A stretch of 64,000 bases of DNA from Candidatus Poribacteria bacterium (lineage in GTDB: Bacteria > Poribacteria > WGA-4E > WGA-3G), in assembly GCA_958295945.1 (NCBI GenBank), contig OY282386.1, positions 1,303,371 through 1,367,370 on the forward strand. Direction: 5' to 3'. The translations under genes were made by a program, and so were the position numbers. Numbering within the stretch: the first letter of the stretch is position 1; each line of letters opens with the position of its first letter. This document shows, piece by piece, positions 48,291 through 57,904 of the stretch. The notes under the pieces were generated by a model. That model was not told the DNA's origin. It did no database searches and saw only the letters and a list, made by a program, of their open reading frames with translations.

Positions 48291-50348
48291 ATGAATTTTT
48301 TGTCTCCCACCTCCCTATTCCTATTTGGTCTGGCAATCCCGATCATCGCGCTGTATATTCTTAAACTGCGCCGACGACGTGAACCTGTCTCCACCTTGAT
48401 GTTCTGGGAACAACTCTTCAAAGAGAGACAAACCACATCGCTATTTCAAAGACTGAAACATCTGCTGTCGTTATTGTTACAACTGCTGTTTCTCGCGCTT
48501 TTAGTACTTGCCATTGCAAGACCACAATTCGCATTTATTACCAAGTCTGCAAGACAATTGATCCTAATTATTGATAACTCCGCGAGCATGAATGCTGCGC
48601 TGAAACTTGATCCCGATAATCCTTCTTCTGAAACACGTTTGGATTCTACTAAGGAACAGGCATTACAGTTAGTCCAAGGACTCCGATTTATGGACGAAAT
48701 GACTGTCATTAGTAATCATAAACAACCAACAATTCGGACACCATTTACAAGCCACCAGAAAACACTGAGAGAAGCAATTGAATCTATTGACCCGACCGAT
48801 ATTAGAACAGACCTAAAGCCAGCAGTCGATTTAGCGTATACAATCGCTGAAACAAAGCCGAACCCAGAAATCGTAATAATGAGCGATTTTCATGCAGTTT
48901 CAGAAAAGACAATAACACTATTTCAAGATACGCAGTCAGAAAGCCAACCGTCTGAAGAAGAACAGGAAAGTGTAGAGAAACCTAAACTTCACCTGATTAG
49001 GATAGGTGAAGATAACGATAACGTCGGTATCACACAGTTTCGAGTGCGGAAAAGCATTGTAAATGTCTTTGATTACGAAACGTTGTTGACCGTTGTGAAT
49101 GCTTCCGATGAAGAAAAGAAATGTAGTGTTGAACTATATTTCAACGACAGTCTCTTTGATGTGCGTCCCTACACACTTGCCCCCGGTGAGAAAAAATCTG
49201 AAATCTTCAGCAATTTCGCATTTGAAGGTGGGGAATTGAAAGCGGTTTTGGACACTACTGATGCTTTATTATCGGATAATGTTGCGTATGCTACCTTGCC
49301 GAAACGCAAGCAGATCTCTGTTTTATTAGTTACAGAGGAAAATCCGTTTTTAGAAAAAGTGCTCTCGGTTGACGAAGAACTTAATCTGAATGTTATGAAT
49401 CCATCGGAATATGAATCTTCTCCAAAAACTGCACAGGTGGTTATCTTTGACAGATACAGTCCGACGAATATAGGGGATGGCAATTTTATGTTTATCTATC
49501 CACCTAAATCAGAAAATACAACAGAGGAGGATGTGCAAGACACTGCGTTAACTTGGGACATAGGAGAAGCACTTGATACACCAATCATTACAGATTGGGA
49601 ACGGACACATCCGATATTACAGCACGTCCATCTGGAGAACGTGCTAATCGGAGAAGCATATCAGATTACACCTCCATCAACTGCACAGATTTTAGCGCGT
49701 TCGTTTGAATCTCCTGTACTATTCATTGATGTTGCACAGAACCGAAAGGTTGTTTTTGTTGCAATCAACATCCTGCAGTCCGATCTGCCATTGCGTATTG
49801 CATTCCCTGTTATCATAGCAAATACGATTCAGTGGTTTCAACACGACCAAGGCATACAGGAATATCACCTGCAGACAGGAGAAGTGTTAAGATATAAGTT
49901 TGATTCGGATTATCCAACTATCACAGAGACTGAACAAGTAGAAGAATCTCCCACTGGAAATTCGCAACAAACCTTGATGATTACTGGTCCAGGAGACAAA
50001 TCGTGGGAAATTCCTATTGAAAACGATGAGATGCTGTTTGATCACACACAACAGGCTGGGTTTTACAAGGTTACAGACTCAGATACTACAATTATCAGTG
50101 ATGCTGATGAGCAAAATACCAACGAAGAAGAGACGGAAGAACCGAAGCAGTTGTGGGCAGTCAATATCGCAAGCGAAACTGAATCACATATTGGGATAAC
50201 CGATGAAATTGAAGATATGTTAACGGATTCTGAGGTATTGATCGGTAGTTCTTTCTTCCGTTATCCGCCTTGGATCTATTTAATTTTGTTGGCAGTAGGA
50301 TTAACCGTTGTGGAGTGGTTCCTGTATCAACGGAGAAGAATTGAATAA
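48291..50348 (+). CDS. BatA-like N-terminal domain + VWA membrane protein
   Basis: PIIALYILKLRRR...STLMFW, LAIARP, MIDAS motif DNSASM and a C-terminal TM helix ending VEWFLYQRR. Confidence 0.88.
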   Translation: MNFLSPTSLFLFGLAIPIIALYILKLRRRREPVSTLMFWEQLFKERQTTSLFQRLKHLLSLLLQLLFLALLVLAIARPQFAFITKSARQLILIIDNSASMNAALKLDPDNPSSETRLDSTKEQALQLVQGLRFMDEMTVISNHKQPTIRTPFTSHQKTLREAIESIDPTDIRTDLKPAVDLAYTIAETKPNPEIVIMSDFHAVSEKTITLFQDTQSESQPSEEEQESVEKPKLHLIRIGEDNDNVGITQFRVRKSIVNVFDYETLLTVVNASDEEKKCSVELYFNDSLFDVRPYTLAPGEKKSEIFSNFAFEGGELKAVLDTTDALLSDNVAYATLPKRKQISVLLVTEENPFLEKVLSVDEELNLNVMNPSEYESSPKTAQVVIFDRYSPTNIGDGNFMFIYPPKSENTTEEDVQDTALTWDIGEALDTPIITDWERTHPILQHVHLENVLIGEAYQITPPSTAQILARSFESPVLFIDVAQNRKVVFVAINILQSDLPLRIAFPVIIANTIQWFQHDQGIQEYHLQTGEVLRYKFDSDYPTITETEQVEESPTGNSQQTLMITGPGDKSWEIPIENDEMLFDHTQQAGFYKVTDSDTTIISDADEQNTNEEETEEPKQLWAVNIASETESHIGITDEIEDMLTDSEVLIGSSFFRYPPWIYLILLAVGLTVVEWFLYQRRRIE

Positions 50349-50370
50349 GCGAGATTTTGATGTCTAAGCT

Positions 50371-50452
50371 GCTACTATATGCAAGTTGACTTGACAAATA
50401 GTGCTACTATATGCAAATAGACTTGACACATAGTCCCACTATTTGATACCAT
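50371..50452 (+). promoter_or_regulatory. 32-bp tandem duplication overlapping a probable leaderless promoter
   Basis: 50371-50402 and 50403-50434 match at 29/32. TTGACA (50423)-18 nt-TACCAT (50447) ends 6 nt before ATG 50459, with no RBS. Confidence 0.5.
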
Positions 50453-50458
50453 AGAAGT

Positions 50459-51604
50459 ATGGTAAACAGAAAATTTTGGCTAAATCAAATAGAAAATGCA
50501 TGGGAACGTCGGTCGGTCGTGTGGCTGTCAGGAGTCCGTCGCGTTGGAAAAACGTGCTTGTGTCAGACATTGCCTGATATTGAGTATTTTGACTGTGAAC
50601 TACCACGTGTCAGACGATTGATGGAGGCCCCACAAGAATTTCTTGACAGTATTGAAAGTGAGAGGATTGTACTTGATGAAATCCATCGGCTACCGAACCC
50701 ATCTGAATTATTAAAGATTGCAGCTGATCACTATCCACAAATTAAAATAATAGCAACAGGTTCTTCAACACTCGGGGCAAGTGCAAAATTCCGGGACACA
50801 CTCGCTGGACGTAAGACAGAATTATGGTTAACACCCATAATGATGGACGACTTAAATGATTTCAATCAATCCAACATACAGCATCGCTTATTACACGGTG
50901 GACTACCTCCGTTTTTTCTTGAGGCTGAATACCCAGAAAACGACTATCAAGAGTGGATTGATGCATATTGGGCGAAGGATATACAAGAACTCTTTAGGCT
51001 TGAACGCCGATATTCGTTTCAAAAATTTACTGAGCTGCTCATGTTACAGAGTGGCGGGATATTTGAGGCAACCAAGTTTGCTGCACCTTGTGAGGTGAGT
51101 CGTGGGACAATATCAAACTATCTGTCTATTTTAGAGGCAACTTTTGTTGTTCACATCATTAGACCGTTCAGCTCGCGTCGTTCATCAGAAATAGTTTCTG
51201 CACCAAAAGTCTATGGATTTGATACTGGATTTGTTTGCTACTATCAAGGATGGACACAACTACGGCAGGATGACCTTGGATTACTTTGGGAACATTATGT
51301 TCTAAACGAAATTATGGCACATATTCAATCGCGTGAGATACAATATTGGCGTGACAAAAGAGGGCATGAGGTAGATTTCGTTCTCACACGCTCTCGTCAA
51401 ATGCCTATAGTCGTTGAATGTAAGTGGTCTGCAACGGGATTTTCGCCTCGTCAACTCCTTGCATTCCGTAGACAATATCCTGAAGGATCGAATTTTGTGG
51501 TGGCACATGATGTAGATAGACCCTATACGAAAACGTATAACGGTATCACGGTTAATTTTCTTAATCTGAATACTTTGATTACAGAAATAACTAACAATAC
51601 GTAG
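50459..51604 (+). CDS. AAA_14 ATPase with DUF4143 and a C-terminal PD-(D/E)xK-like domain
   Basis: GVRRVGKT, LDEIH, ATGSS, LAGR, GGLP, PKVYGFDTG and YWRDKRGHEVDFV...VECK. Confidence 0.88.
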   Translation: MVNRKFWLNQIENAWERRSVVWLSGVRRVGKTCLCQTLPDIEYFDCELPRVRRLMEAPQEFLDSIESERIVLDEIHRLPNPSELLKIAADHYPQIKIIATGSSTLGASAKFRDTLAGRKTELWLTPIMMDDLNDFNQSNIQHRLLHGGLPPFFLEAEYPENDYQEWIDAYWAKDIQELFRLERRYSFQKFTELLMLQSGGIFEATKFAAPCEVSRGTISNYLSILEATFVVHIIRPFSSRRSSEIVSAPKVYGFDTGFVCYYQGWTQLRQDDLGLLWEHYVLNEIMAHIQSREIQYWRDKRGHEVDFVLTRSRQMPIVVECKWSATGFSPRQLLAFRRQYPEGSNFVVAHDVDRPYTKTYNGITVNFLNLNTLITEITNNT

Positions 51605-51614
51605 GTAAATATGT

Positions 51615-52381
51615 ATGTATAAACAGATGCTAAAAGTTATTGGCGTAGTGATACTTTCATATTTAGTTTTGTCATTGATAGTCAAATATGCAATTACTCC
51701 ATCAACACAATTGAAGGTAAACGGACAAACGGTAGATGAACGGATACAACACATTCAAGAACAAATCGAATACTACAAGTTAGTCACTGAAACTATGGAT
51801 ATATCCTCAAAATCTATGGCAGCTTTCAATGCAATTGATTTGCGCCACCAAGAAGAAACTGTAGATTTTATTCCTTTGACTGAGACAATAAACAAGACAA
51901 TCAAAAAATTGAAGCAGGTGATAGAAAATGATACAGAAACGATTGAACTGTCTAATGAAGATGAAGGATACCTAAAATCATTGGTAGATTCACATACCAA
52001 GTTGAAGGAAAAACTGATAGAATTAAAACAGAATATGGAGAATATAAATACGCAAATTCAAACACTACTTATTGACAGACAAAATACTACCACATCAACT
52101 ATACCTATACAATCAATAAATTGTATGAAGCTTTTGAGAAAGTATCCGAAACAAAAGGTTCAATAAGCTCAATTTTTGGCAATACACTAAACATATTTCA
52201 ATCAATTACTCGTATGACTCTTATGCAACAAAATTGGGAAATGCAGATTGATTTCAGTATGAAAAGGGTTGTAGGTGGGATAGTATTTTGCTGTCTATTG
52301 TCAATTGGAATGGTCTTTCTTGTTATGAAACCAAGAAGGTTTTCTATGAAACAGTTTTATGCTAAGGATTCATTGGAATAA
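51615..52381 (+). pseudogene. Probably frameshifted membrane protein (TM - coiled coil - TM)
   Basis: ORFs 51615-52166 and 52121-52381 overlap, and the second frame is open from 52076. Adding one A to the run at 52081-52084 joins them (IDRQKYYHINYTYTINKLYEAF). Confidence 0.5.
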
Positions 52382-52495
52382 TGGATTAAATTTAATTGAG
52401 ACTTATCACACGTACCCAAACTATAGAGAGATTTGAAAAAGACAATTAGATCCAATATGCAACTTCGTATGACAATCTTAATGATTGGAGAATAA

Positions 52496-53419
52496 ATGTT
52501 AGAAACAACGGACGCATTACAAGTTGACATCAATGATTTGTCAAAACTCAAACCTTTAAGGATTGGAGATATTCTGGATGGAACATTTAGTCTTTACAGA
52601 AACCATATTACGCTGTTCTTGGGTGTTGCTTCAGTCTACCTTATTGCAATTGTAATAGAATATTCTATAAAAGGATTTCTCTCAAATTCCAATCTATCAA
52701 AGATACTCGCATCACTTATATCTTTACCGTTCGCTGTCCTAAGTATGGGTGGGATTGTTGTCGCTGCAGCCACAATATATCTTGGTGGTGAAATCACAAG
52801 TAGTACTGCTCTAAAACAGACATTTCGCAGGTTATGGACATTGGTATTTTGCCATCTATTATGGCGGATGGTTCAGGTGATACCACTCATATTTATCGTT
52901 TTATCCATTACTTCTGTAATACGAACAGGGACATGGGCACTGCCTATAATGACTGCTATTATCTGTATCCCTATTATAATTTATTTTTCTGTGCGTTGGA
53001 TTTTCTATGTTGAAACTGTCATAATAGAGAAATGTTCTGTTGGGGAAGCCCTGAGACGCAGCAGTGAACTCGTTCAAGAAAATTGGTGGAAAGTCTTTGG
53101 TATTATTTGCTTGATTCTAATATCAAGTTATGCGGTTAAGTACATCCTTGAGAATTCCCTCGGTCTTGTGTTAATATCTGCAAATTTGGCTGGCGGTACG
53201 GATTTGATATCACTCATTAAATGGTCAATTTTTGATAATGTTCTTGATACTAAAAGTTATCCATTTTACGTCATTATGACATGCGCTCAAATGGTTTTAA
53301 AGGCACTCGTCGCACCAATATGGATTATCGGCGTGACACTATTATACTTTGATCGTAGGATACGAAAAGAAGGGCATGATATTCAACTAACCGCAAACAA
53401 TCCTGACATTTTTGTCTAA
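52496..53419 (+). CDS. Integral membrane protein (GDPD membrane-domain-like family)
   Basis: LKPLRIGDILDGTFSLYR, ALRRSSELVQENWWKVFG and TLLYFDRRIRKEG. Confidence 0.75.
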   Translation: MLETTDALQVDINDLSKLKPLRIGDILDGTFSLYRNHITLFLGVASVYLIAIVIEYSIKGFLSNSNLSKILASLISLPFAVLSMGGIVVAAATIYLGGEITSSTALKQTFRRLWTLVFCHLLWRMVQVIPLIFIVLSITSVIRTGTWALPIMTAIICIPIIIYFSVRWIFYVETVIIEKCSVGEALRRSSELVQENWWKVFGIICLILISSYAVKYILENSLGLVLISANLAGGTDLISLIKWSIFDNVLDTKSYPFYVIMTCAQMVLKALVAPIWIIGVTLLYFDRRIRKEGHDIQLTANNPDIFV

Positions 53420-53437
53420 AACTTATATGACAACATT

Positions 53438-56017
53438 ATGGAAATAACACGTCCTTTATTACTGCTACTGCTACTATTATTGCCGGTTCTATACTACGGA
53501 TTTCGGCGCAGTCTTGTGGATCTGTCTCGTACACAAAGAATAATTAGTTTGTGTGTAAGAGTGGTTATTCTTCTATTGTTGATATTGAGTGTCGCAGATT
53601 TTCAATATCTGAAAACTGATGACAAACTCGCTGTAATGTTCCTGACAGATATTTCTGATAGTATTTCAGACGATGGTTTGAAGAATGCAACCGATTTTGT
53701 CAACGAAGCGATAGAAGCAAGTGAAGGAAATCAACAAACGGGAATTATAGCGTTTACAGAAAAAGCAGAAATCCTAAAGTCCAATGAAGGTAATGAGCAA
53801 ACAGAATCAGATGGTAAATTAGATCTCTCTGAAATTAAGAATAACTGGTTGGAAGCAGATGAGGATGCTGGTGACACAACAAACATCGCACAAGCAATTG
53901 AAACTGCATGGAGTGTTTTTCCTGCCAATGCAAACAAACGGATAGTACTGATTACGGATGGTTTAGAAACACAGGGAGATGTTGTTCACACTGCACTTCG
54001 TGGGAAAGAGTTTGATATACAGATTGACACGGTTCCCATTTATCCGAGTGATTCACCAGAGGTGATGGTACAGCGAATTGATGCACCTGCTCAAGTCAAA
54101 CAAGGGGCACCGTTCAGTTTAGAAGTGATTGTACATAGCAACCATGAAGATATTGCAGAAATCCGTCTCTATAAGAACAAATTCGAGGCATCCAAAAAAG
54201 AGGTGCGTCTTGTTGAAGGCGAAAATCGTGTTTTATTTACGCAAACACATGAAGATAGTGGTACATTGACGTATGATGCGACCATCCGAACAACACAGGA
54301 TACTCGCTACGATAACAACAAAGCACTCGGTATCGTTTCTGTTTCTGGTCAACCGAAAATATTACTTATAGATGAGAACGAATCGCAAACCCGATATTTG
54401 ATGCGAGCACTTGAAGATGCAAAGATACGGGTTGATGTCCGTAACGGCTTAGGTGTTCCCGATGAATTGGCTGACCTTCAAAACTATGAACTGATTATTT
54501 TCAGTGATGTGCCAGCAAATCGTTTGACCGAGAAACAGATGGAACTTATCCGAACTTATGTGCAAGACCTTGGTGGTGGCTTTATGATGCTCGGAAGTGA
54601 GAATAGTTATGGATTAGGTGGCTACTACAAGACGCCGATTGAGGAGGTCCTACCTGTCCGAACAGATACCGAAAAGAAAAAAGAGACGCCATCGTTAGCA
54701 ATGGTTTTGGTAATTGACAAATCTGGCAGTATGGGTGGAATCAAGATTGAATTAGCAAAAGAAGCTGCTCGCGCAACCGTAGAACTGCTCGGTCCGCGCG
54801 ATAAAATCGGTGTCATCGCTTTTGACGGTTCACCGTTCTGGATTACCGAGATGCACGATGCATCAGATAAACAATTTATCTCAAATCAGGTCGGTTCAAT
54901 TACAGCAAGTGGTGGCACAAATCTCTATCCTGCACTTCAACAAGCATATTACGCTTTGACAGAAACAACGGCAAAGTTAAAGCATGTCATCGTTCTCAGC
55001 GATGGGCATTCGCAAGGTGGTGATTGGTATGGTATCGCTAATTCTATGCACTCAGAACGGATTACAATATCCACTGTCGGTATCGGTAGCGGAGCAGACA
55101 TGAATCTGTTGGGCAACCTCGCACAATGGGGTGGTGGACGCGAGTATTTTACACAAGACCCGTATAATGTCCCACAGATTTTTGCTAAGGAGACCGTCAC
55201 CGCATCACAATCTGCAATCATAGATACACCATTCATCCCACAACGTATCAAACCAACTCAAGTGTTGAGTGGTATAGACCTTGAACTTGCACCTTTCCTA
55301 CTTGGATATGTTGCCACCCAACCACGTCCCACTGCTGAGATTTTCCTTGTCTCTGACCGCGGAGACCCGATACTTGCAAGTTGGCAATACGGCTTGGGAA
55401 AATCTGTCGCATTCACCTCCGATGCGAAAGCACGATGGGCAACGGATTGGTTAGAATGGGCAGGTTACGGTAAGTTCTGGACGCAACTTGTGCGTGATAC
55501 GATGCGGAAGACAACGCTCAGCAATTTCCAAGCAGCAATCTCTAAAGAGAAAGGGGTGGCACATCTGGCGATTGATGCACTGAGTGAAACAGGACAATTT
55601 TTGAATGAATTGGACAGTCAAATTTCGCTCATTGGTCCAGACCTAAAAAAGAAAGAACTATCTATCTCACAGACATCACCAGGACGGTATGAACTTGAGT
55701 TTCCGACAGCAGAGGTAGGTCCCTATTTCTTAAACATCACACAAAAACAGGCAGGAGAAATCGTCAACACACAAGTTGCCGGCACAGTTGTCTCATATCC
55801 TGAAGAGTATCTCGTTCACAATGTGAATGATGCACTCCTTACACAGATCTCCAATGTGTCGGGTGGAAAATTCAATATCACAGCTGAAGAAGCATTTCGT
55901 GCCCCAGAAAATCCGGTAACACTACGGATTCACCTATGGAGACCATTTCTTATTACTGCCATTATTCTATTGCTCATTGACATTGCGTTGCGACGCATTG
56001 ATATGAGACGTTCCTAA
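53438..56017 (+). CDS. Membrane protein with two VWA domains and a class I glutamine-amidotransferase-like (DUF1355-like) domain; MoxR-locus member
   Basis: MIDAS motifs DISDS and DKSGSM, LITDG and VLSDG, GGGFMMLGSENSYGLGGY, WQYGLGKSVAFTSD, and terminal TM helices. Confidence 0.85.
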   Translation: MEITRPLLLLLLLLLPVLYYGFRRSLVDLSRTQRIISLCVRVVILLLLILSVADFQYLKTDDKLAVMFLTDISDSISDDGLKNATDFVNEAIEASEGNQQTGIIAFTEKAEILKSNEGNEQTESDGKLDLSEIKNNWLEADEDAGDTTNIAQAIETAWSVFPANANKRIVLITDGLETQGDVVHTALRGKEFDIQIDTVPIYPSDSPEVMVQRIDAPAQVKQGAPFSLEVIVHSNHEDIAEIRLYKNKFEASKKEVRLVEGENRVLFTQTHEDSGTLTYDATIRTTQDTRYDNNKALGIVSVSGQPKILLIDENESQTRYLMRALEDAKIRVDVRNGLGVPDELADLQNYELIIFSDVPANRLTEKQMELIRTYVQDLGGGFMMLGSENSYGLGGYYKTPIEEVLPVRTDTEKKKETPSLAMVLVIDKSGSMGGIKIELAKEAARATVELLGPRDKIGVIAFDGSPFWITEMHDASDKQFISNQVGSITASGGTNLYPALQQAYYALTETTAKLKHVIVLSDGHSQGGDWYGIANSMHSERITISTVGIGSGADMNLLGNLAQWGGGREYFTQDPYNVPQIFAKETVTASQSAIIDTPFIPQRIKPTQVLSGIDLELAPFLLGYVATQPRPTAEIFLVSDRGDPILASWQYGLGKSVAFTSDAKARWATDWLEWAGYGKFWTQLVRDTMRKTTLSNFQAAISKEKGVAHLAIDALSETGQFLNELDSQISLIGPDLKKKELSISQTSPGRYELEFPTAEVGPYFLNITQKQAGEIVNTQVAGTVVSYPEEYLVHNVNDALLTQISNVSGGKFNITAEEAFRAPENPVTLRIHLWRPFLITAIILLLIDIALRRIDMRRS

Positions 56018-56128
56018 AACCTTTCTATTACATCAATAACGCTATTCCAAAGATTAAGTTTAATCCACTATGTAGTATATGCTATACTTAACCCTAAGGA
56101 CATAACATCAAACTGTTGAGGTTACATT

Positions 56129-57442
56129 ATGAGCATTACACAATTCACAATGGAAGAGGTGCGGTGTTTCGGTGAACGTCAAACACTTGAAATTCGTCCT
56201 CTAACCTTTTTGGTGGGTGAGAATAGCACTGGGAAAACGACTGCACTCGCATGTTTCTATGTATTGGCAAATTATCTGCGAAATGGAGATTTGGATTTTA
56301 ATTCGGATCCTTATACATTAGGCACTTTTAAGGATATTGTTAGAAACAGTAACATAAAAGAGAAAAACTTCAAACTTGGATTTACTAGTAGAAATAACAA
56401 TGAAGATGTCCAAGTAACAGTTGAATTTGTAGAAAAAAAAGGAAGTATTGAACCGACTGCAAGTTCATTAAGAATGAAATTCGTTGATGGTGAAATCAAT
56501 CTTGAAACAGAAGGACAGAGAGATTTATCAGTTCATTTAGTCTCTTATGATGTGCATCAAAATCAATATAATCTAATCTGCGGTTCTGATGCTTTAAGTT
56601 CCCCTTATTTTCGATTACTCTCACTTGCTTTTAAAGGAAAATCTGATGGAGAAACTGCTTTAAACGAATATATGCATAAAAAGGGTCAACATATAGGAAT
56701 ATGCGATTATCAACCTTGGGACACATTTTGTGGTTTTTCGGTAAATAGTAGTTCTCCAATTAGGTCACGACCTAAACGCACCTACGATCCGGCACGCGAA
56801 TTTAACGATCCAGAAGGCAGTGATGTTCCGATGATGCTAATGCGATTGGCGGTTACCAGAAAAAAAGAATGGGAGAAACTAAAACAACAACTCATAGAGT
56901 TTGGAATAAGTTCCGGGCTTTTTCAAGACATAAAGATAAAGAACTTTAGCGGTTCCCTTGGTGGACCATTCCAACTGCAATTCAAGGTAAAGGGACCTAC
57001 TAAGAATATCGTAGATGTTGGCTATGGAATTAGTCAAATACTTCCGCTCTTAGTACAAGTATTATATCCAAGTCTTGCCCAATATAGTGAAAGTAAACCC
57101 ATACCCCCAAGTTATTCCTTACTCCAACAACCAGAGGTGCACCTACATCCAAGGGCTCAAGCGGAATTTACTACTTTATTGACAAGATTGACAAAACAGG
57201 GAAATCAGTCATTCATTATTGAAACACACAGCGACTATATGATAGACCGTGCACGTATTGAGATCAGAAAAGGAAACATCAAACCTGAAGATGTGTCTCT
57301 GGTTTACTTTGAACCGAAGAGAAATATTGTTAATGTGCATAATATTGGGTTTGATGAAATGGGTAACCTTGACGGTGCTCCTTCACATTATCGTGATTTT
57401 TTCCTCAAAGAATCTAAACGACTGATGGGTTTTGAGGATTAA
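56129..57442 (+). CDS. ABC/AAA_21-like ATPase (DUF3696-type C-terminus)
   Basis: Walker A GENSTGKT, signature DVGYGISQILP, Walker B region LLQQPEVHLHP and H-loop IETHSDY. Confidence 0.85.
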   Translation: MSITQFTMEEVRCFGERQTLEIRPLTFLVGENSTGKTTALACFYVLANYLRNGDLDFNSDPYTLGTFKDIVRNSNIKEKNFKLGFTSRNNNEDVQVTVEFVEKKGSIEPTASSLRMKFVDGEINLETEGQRDLSVHLVSYDVHQNQYNLICGSDALSSPYFRLLSLAFKGKSDGETALNEYMHKKGQHIGICDYQPWDTFCGFSVNSSSPIRSRPKRTYDPAREFNDPEGSDVPMMLMRLAVTRKKEWEKLKQQLIEFGISSGLFQDIKIKNFSGSLGGPFQLQFKVKGPTKNIVDVGYGISQILPLLVQVLYPSLAQYSESKPIPPSYSLLQQPEVHLHPRAQAEFTTLLTRLTKQGNQSFIIETHSDYMIDRARIEIRKGNIKPEDVSLVYFEPKRNIVNVHNIGFDEMGNLDGAPSHYRDFFLKESKRLMGFED

Positions 57443-57445
57443 TAT

Positions 57446-57874
57446 ATGTGCGCGATATTGGATGCAAATACGTTTCATAAATTCAAGGATCCTTCCAATG
57501 AAGATATGAAACCCGTTTGGAAATGGTTAGAGAACAAAAATGGCAAAATAATCTATACGAGTACCAAGAAATTTGAGGAAGAATGGTATAAAGGAGGAAT
57601 GGATCCCATCAGAGAACAACTCATGCGTTCTGGTCAACTTAAATTGGTATCACAAGACGTGCAAGAAAAAGCAGACGAACTGAAAGATGAAATAAGATCT
57701 AATGATGAACACATTATAGCATTGGCTATAATAGCTCAAGTAAAAATTCTAATTTCATATAGAGAGGGGGACAGTGATTTGTTCAATGATTTTAAGAATC
57801 GTAATTTGGTTCACGGTAAAGTATACACCAGAAAAGAGCATCAGCGTTTGCTAACTAAAGACACTTGTCCCTAA
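57446..57874 (+). CDS. Small PIN-domain-like protein, coupled to the ATPase
   Basis: N-terminal ILDAN, EEE, SNDEHIIALA and GDSDL acidic positions are spaced as in PIN RNases. It starts 3 nt after the ATPase stop. Confidence 0.6.
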   Translation: MCAILDANTFHKFKDPSNEDMKPVWKWLENKNGKIIYTSTKKFEEEWYKGGMDPIREQLMRSGQLKLVSQDVQEKADELKDEIRSNDEHIIALAIIAQVKILISYREGDSDLFNDFKNRNLVHGKVYTRKEHQRLLTKDTCP

Positions 57875-57904
57875 CTGAAAATGTAAGTTCAAGAATCGGA
57901 TTTA

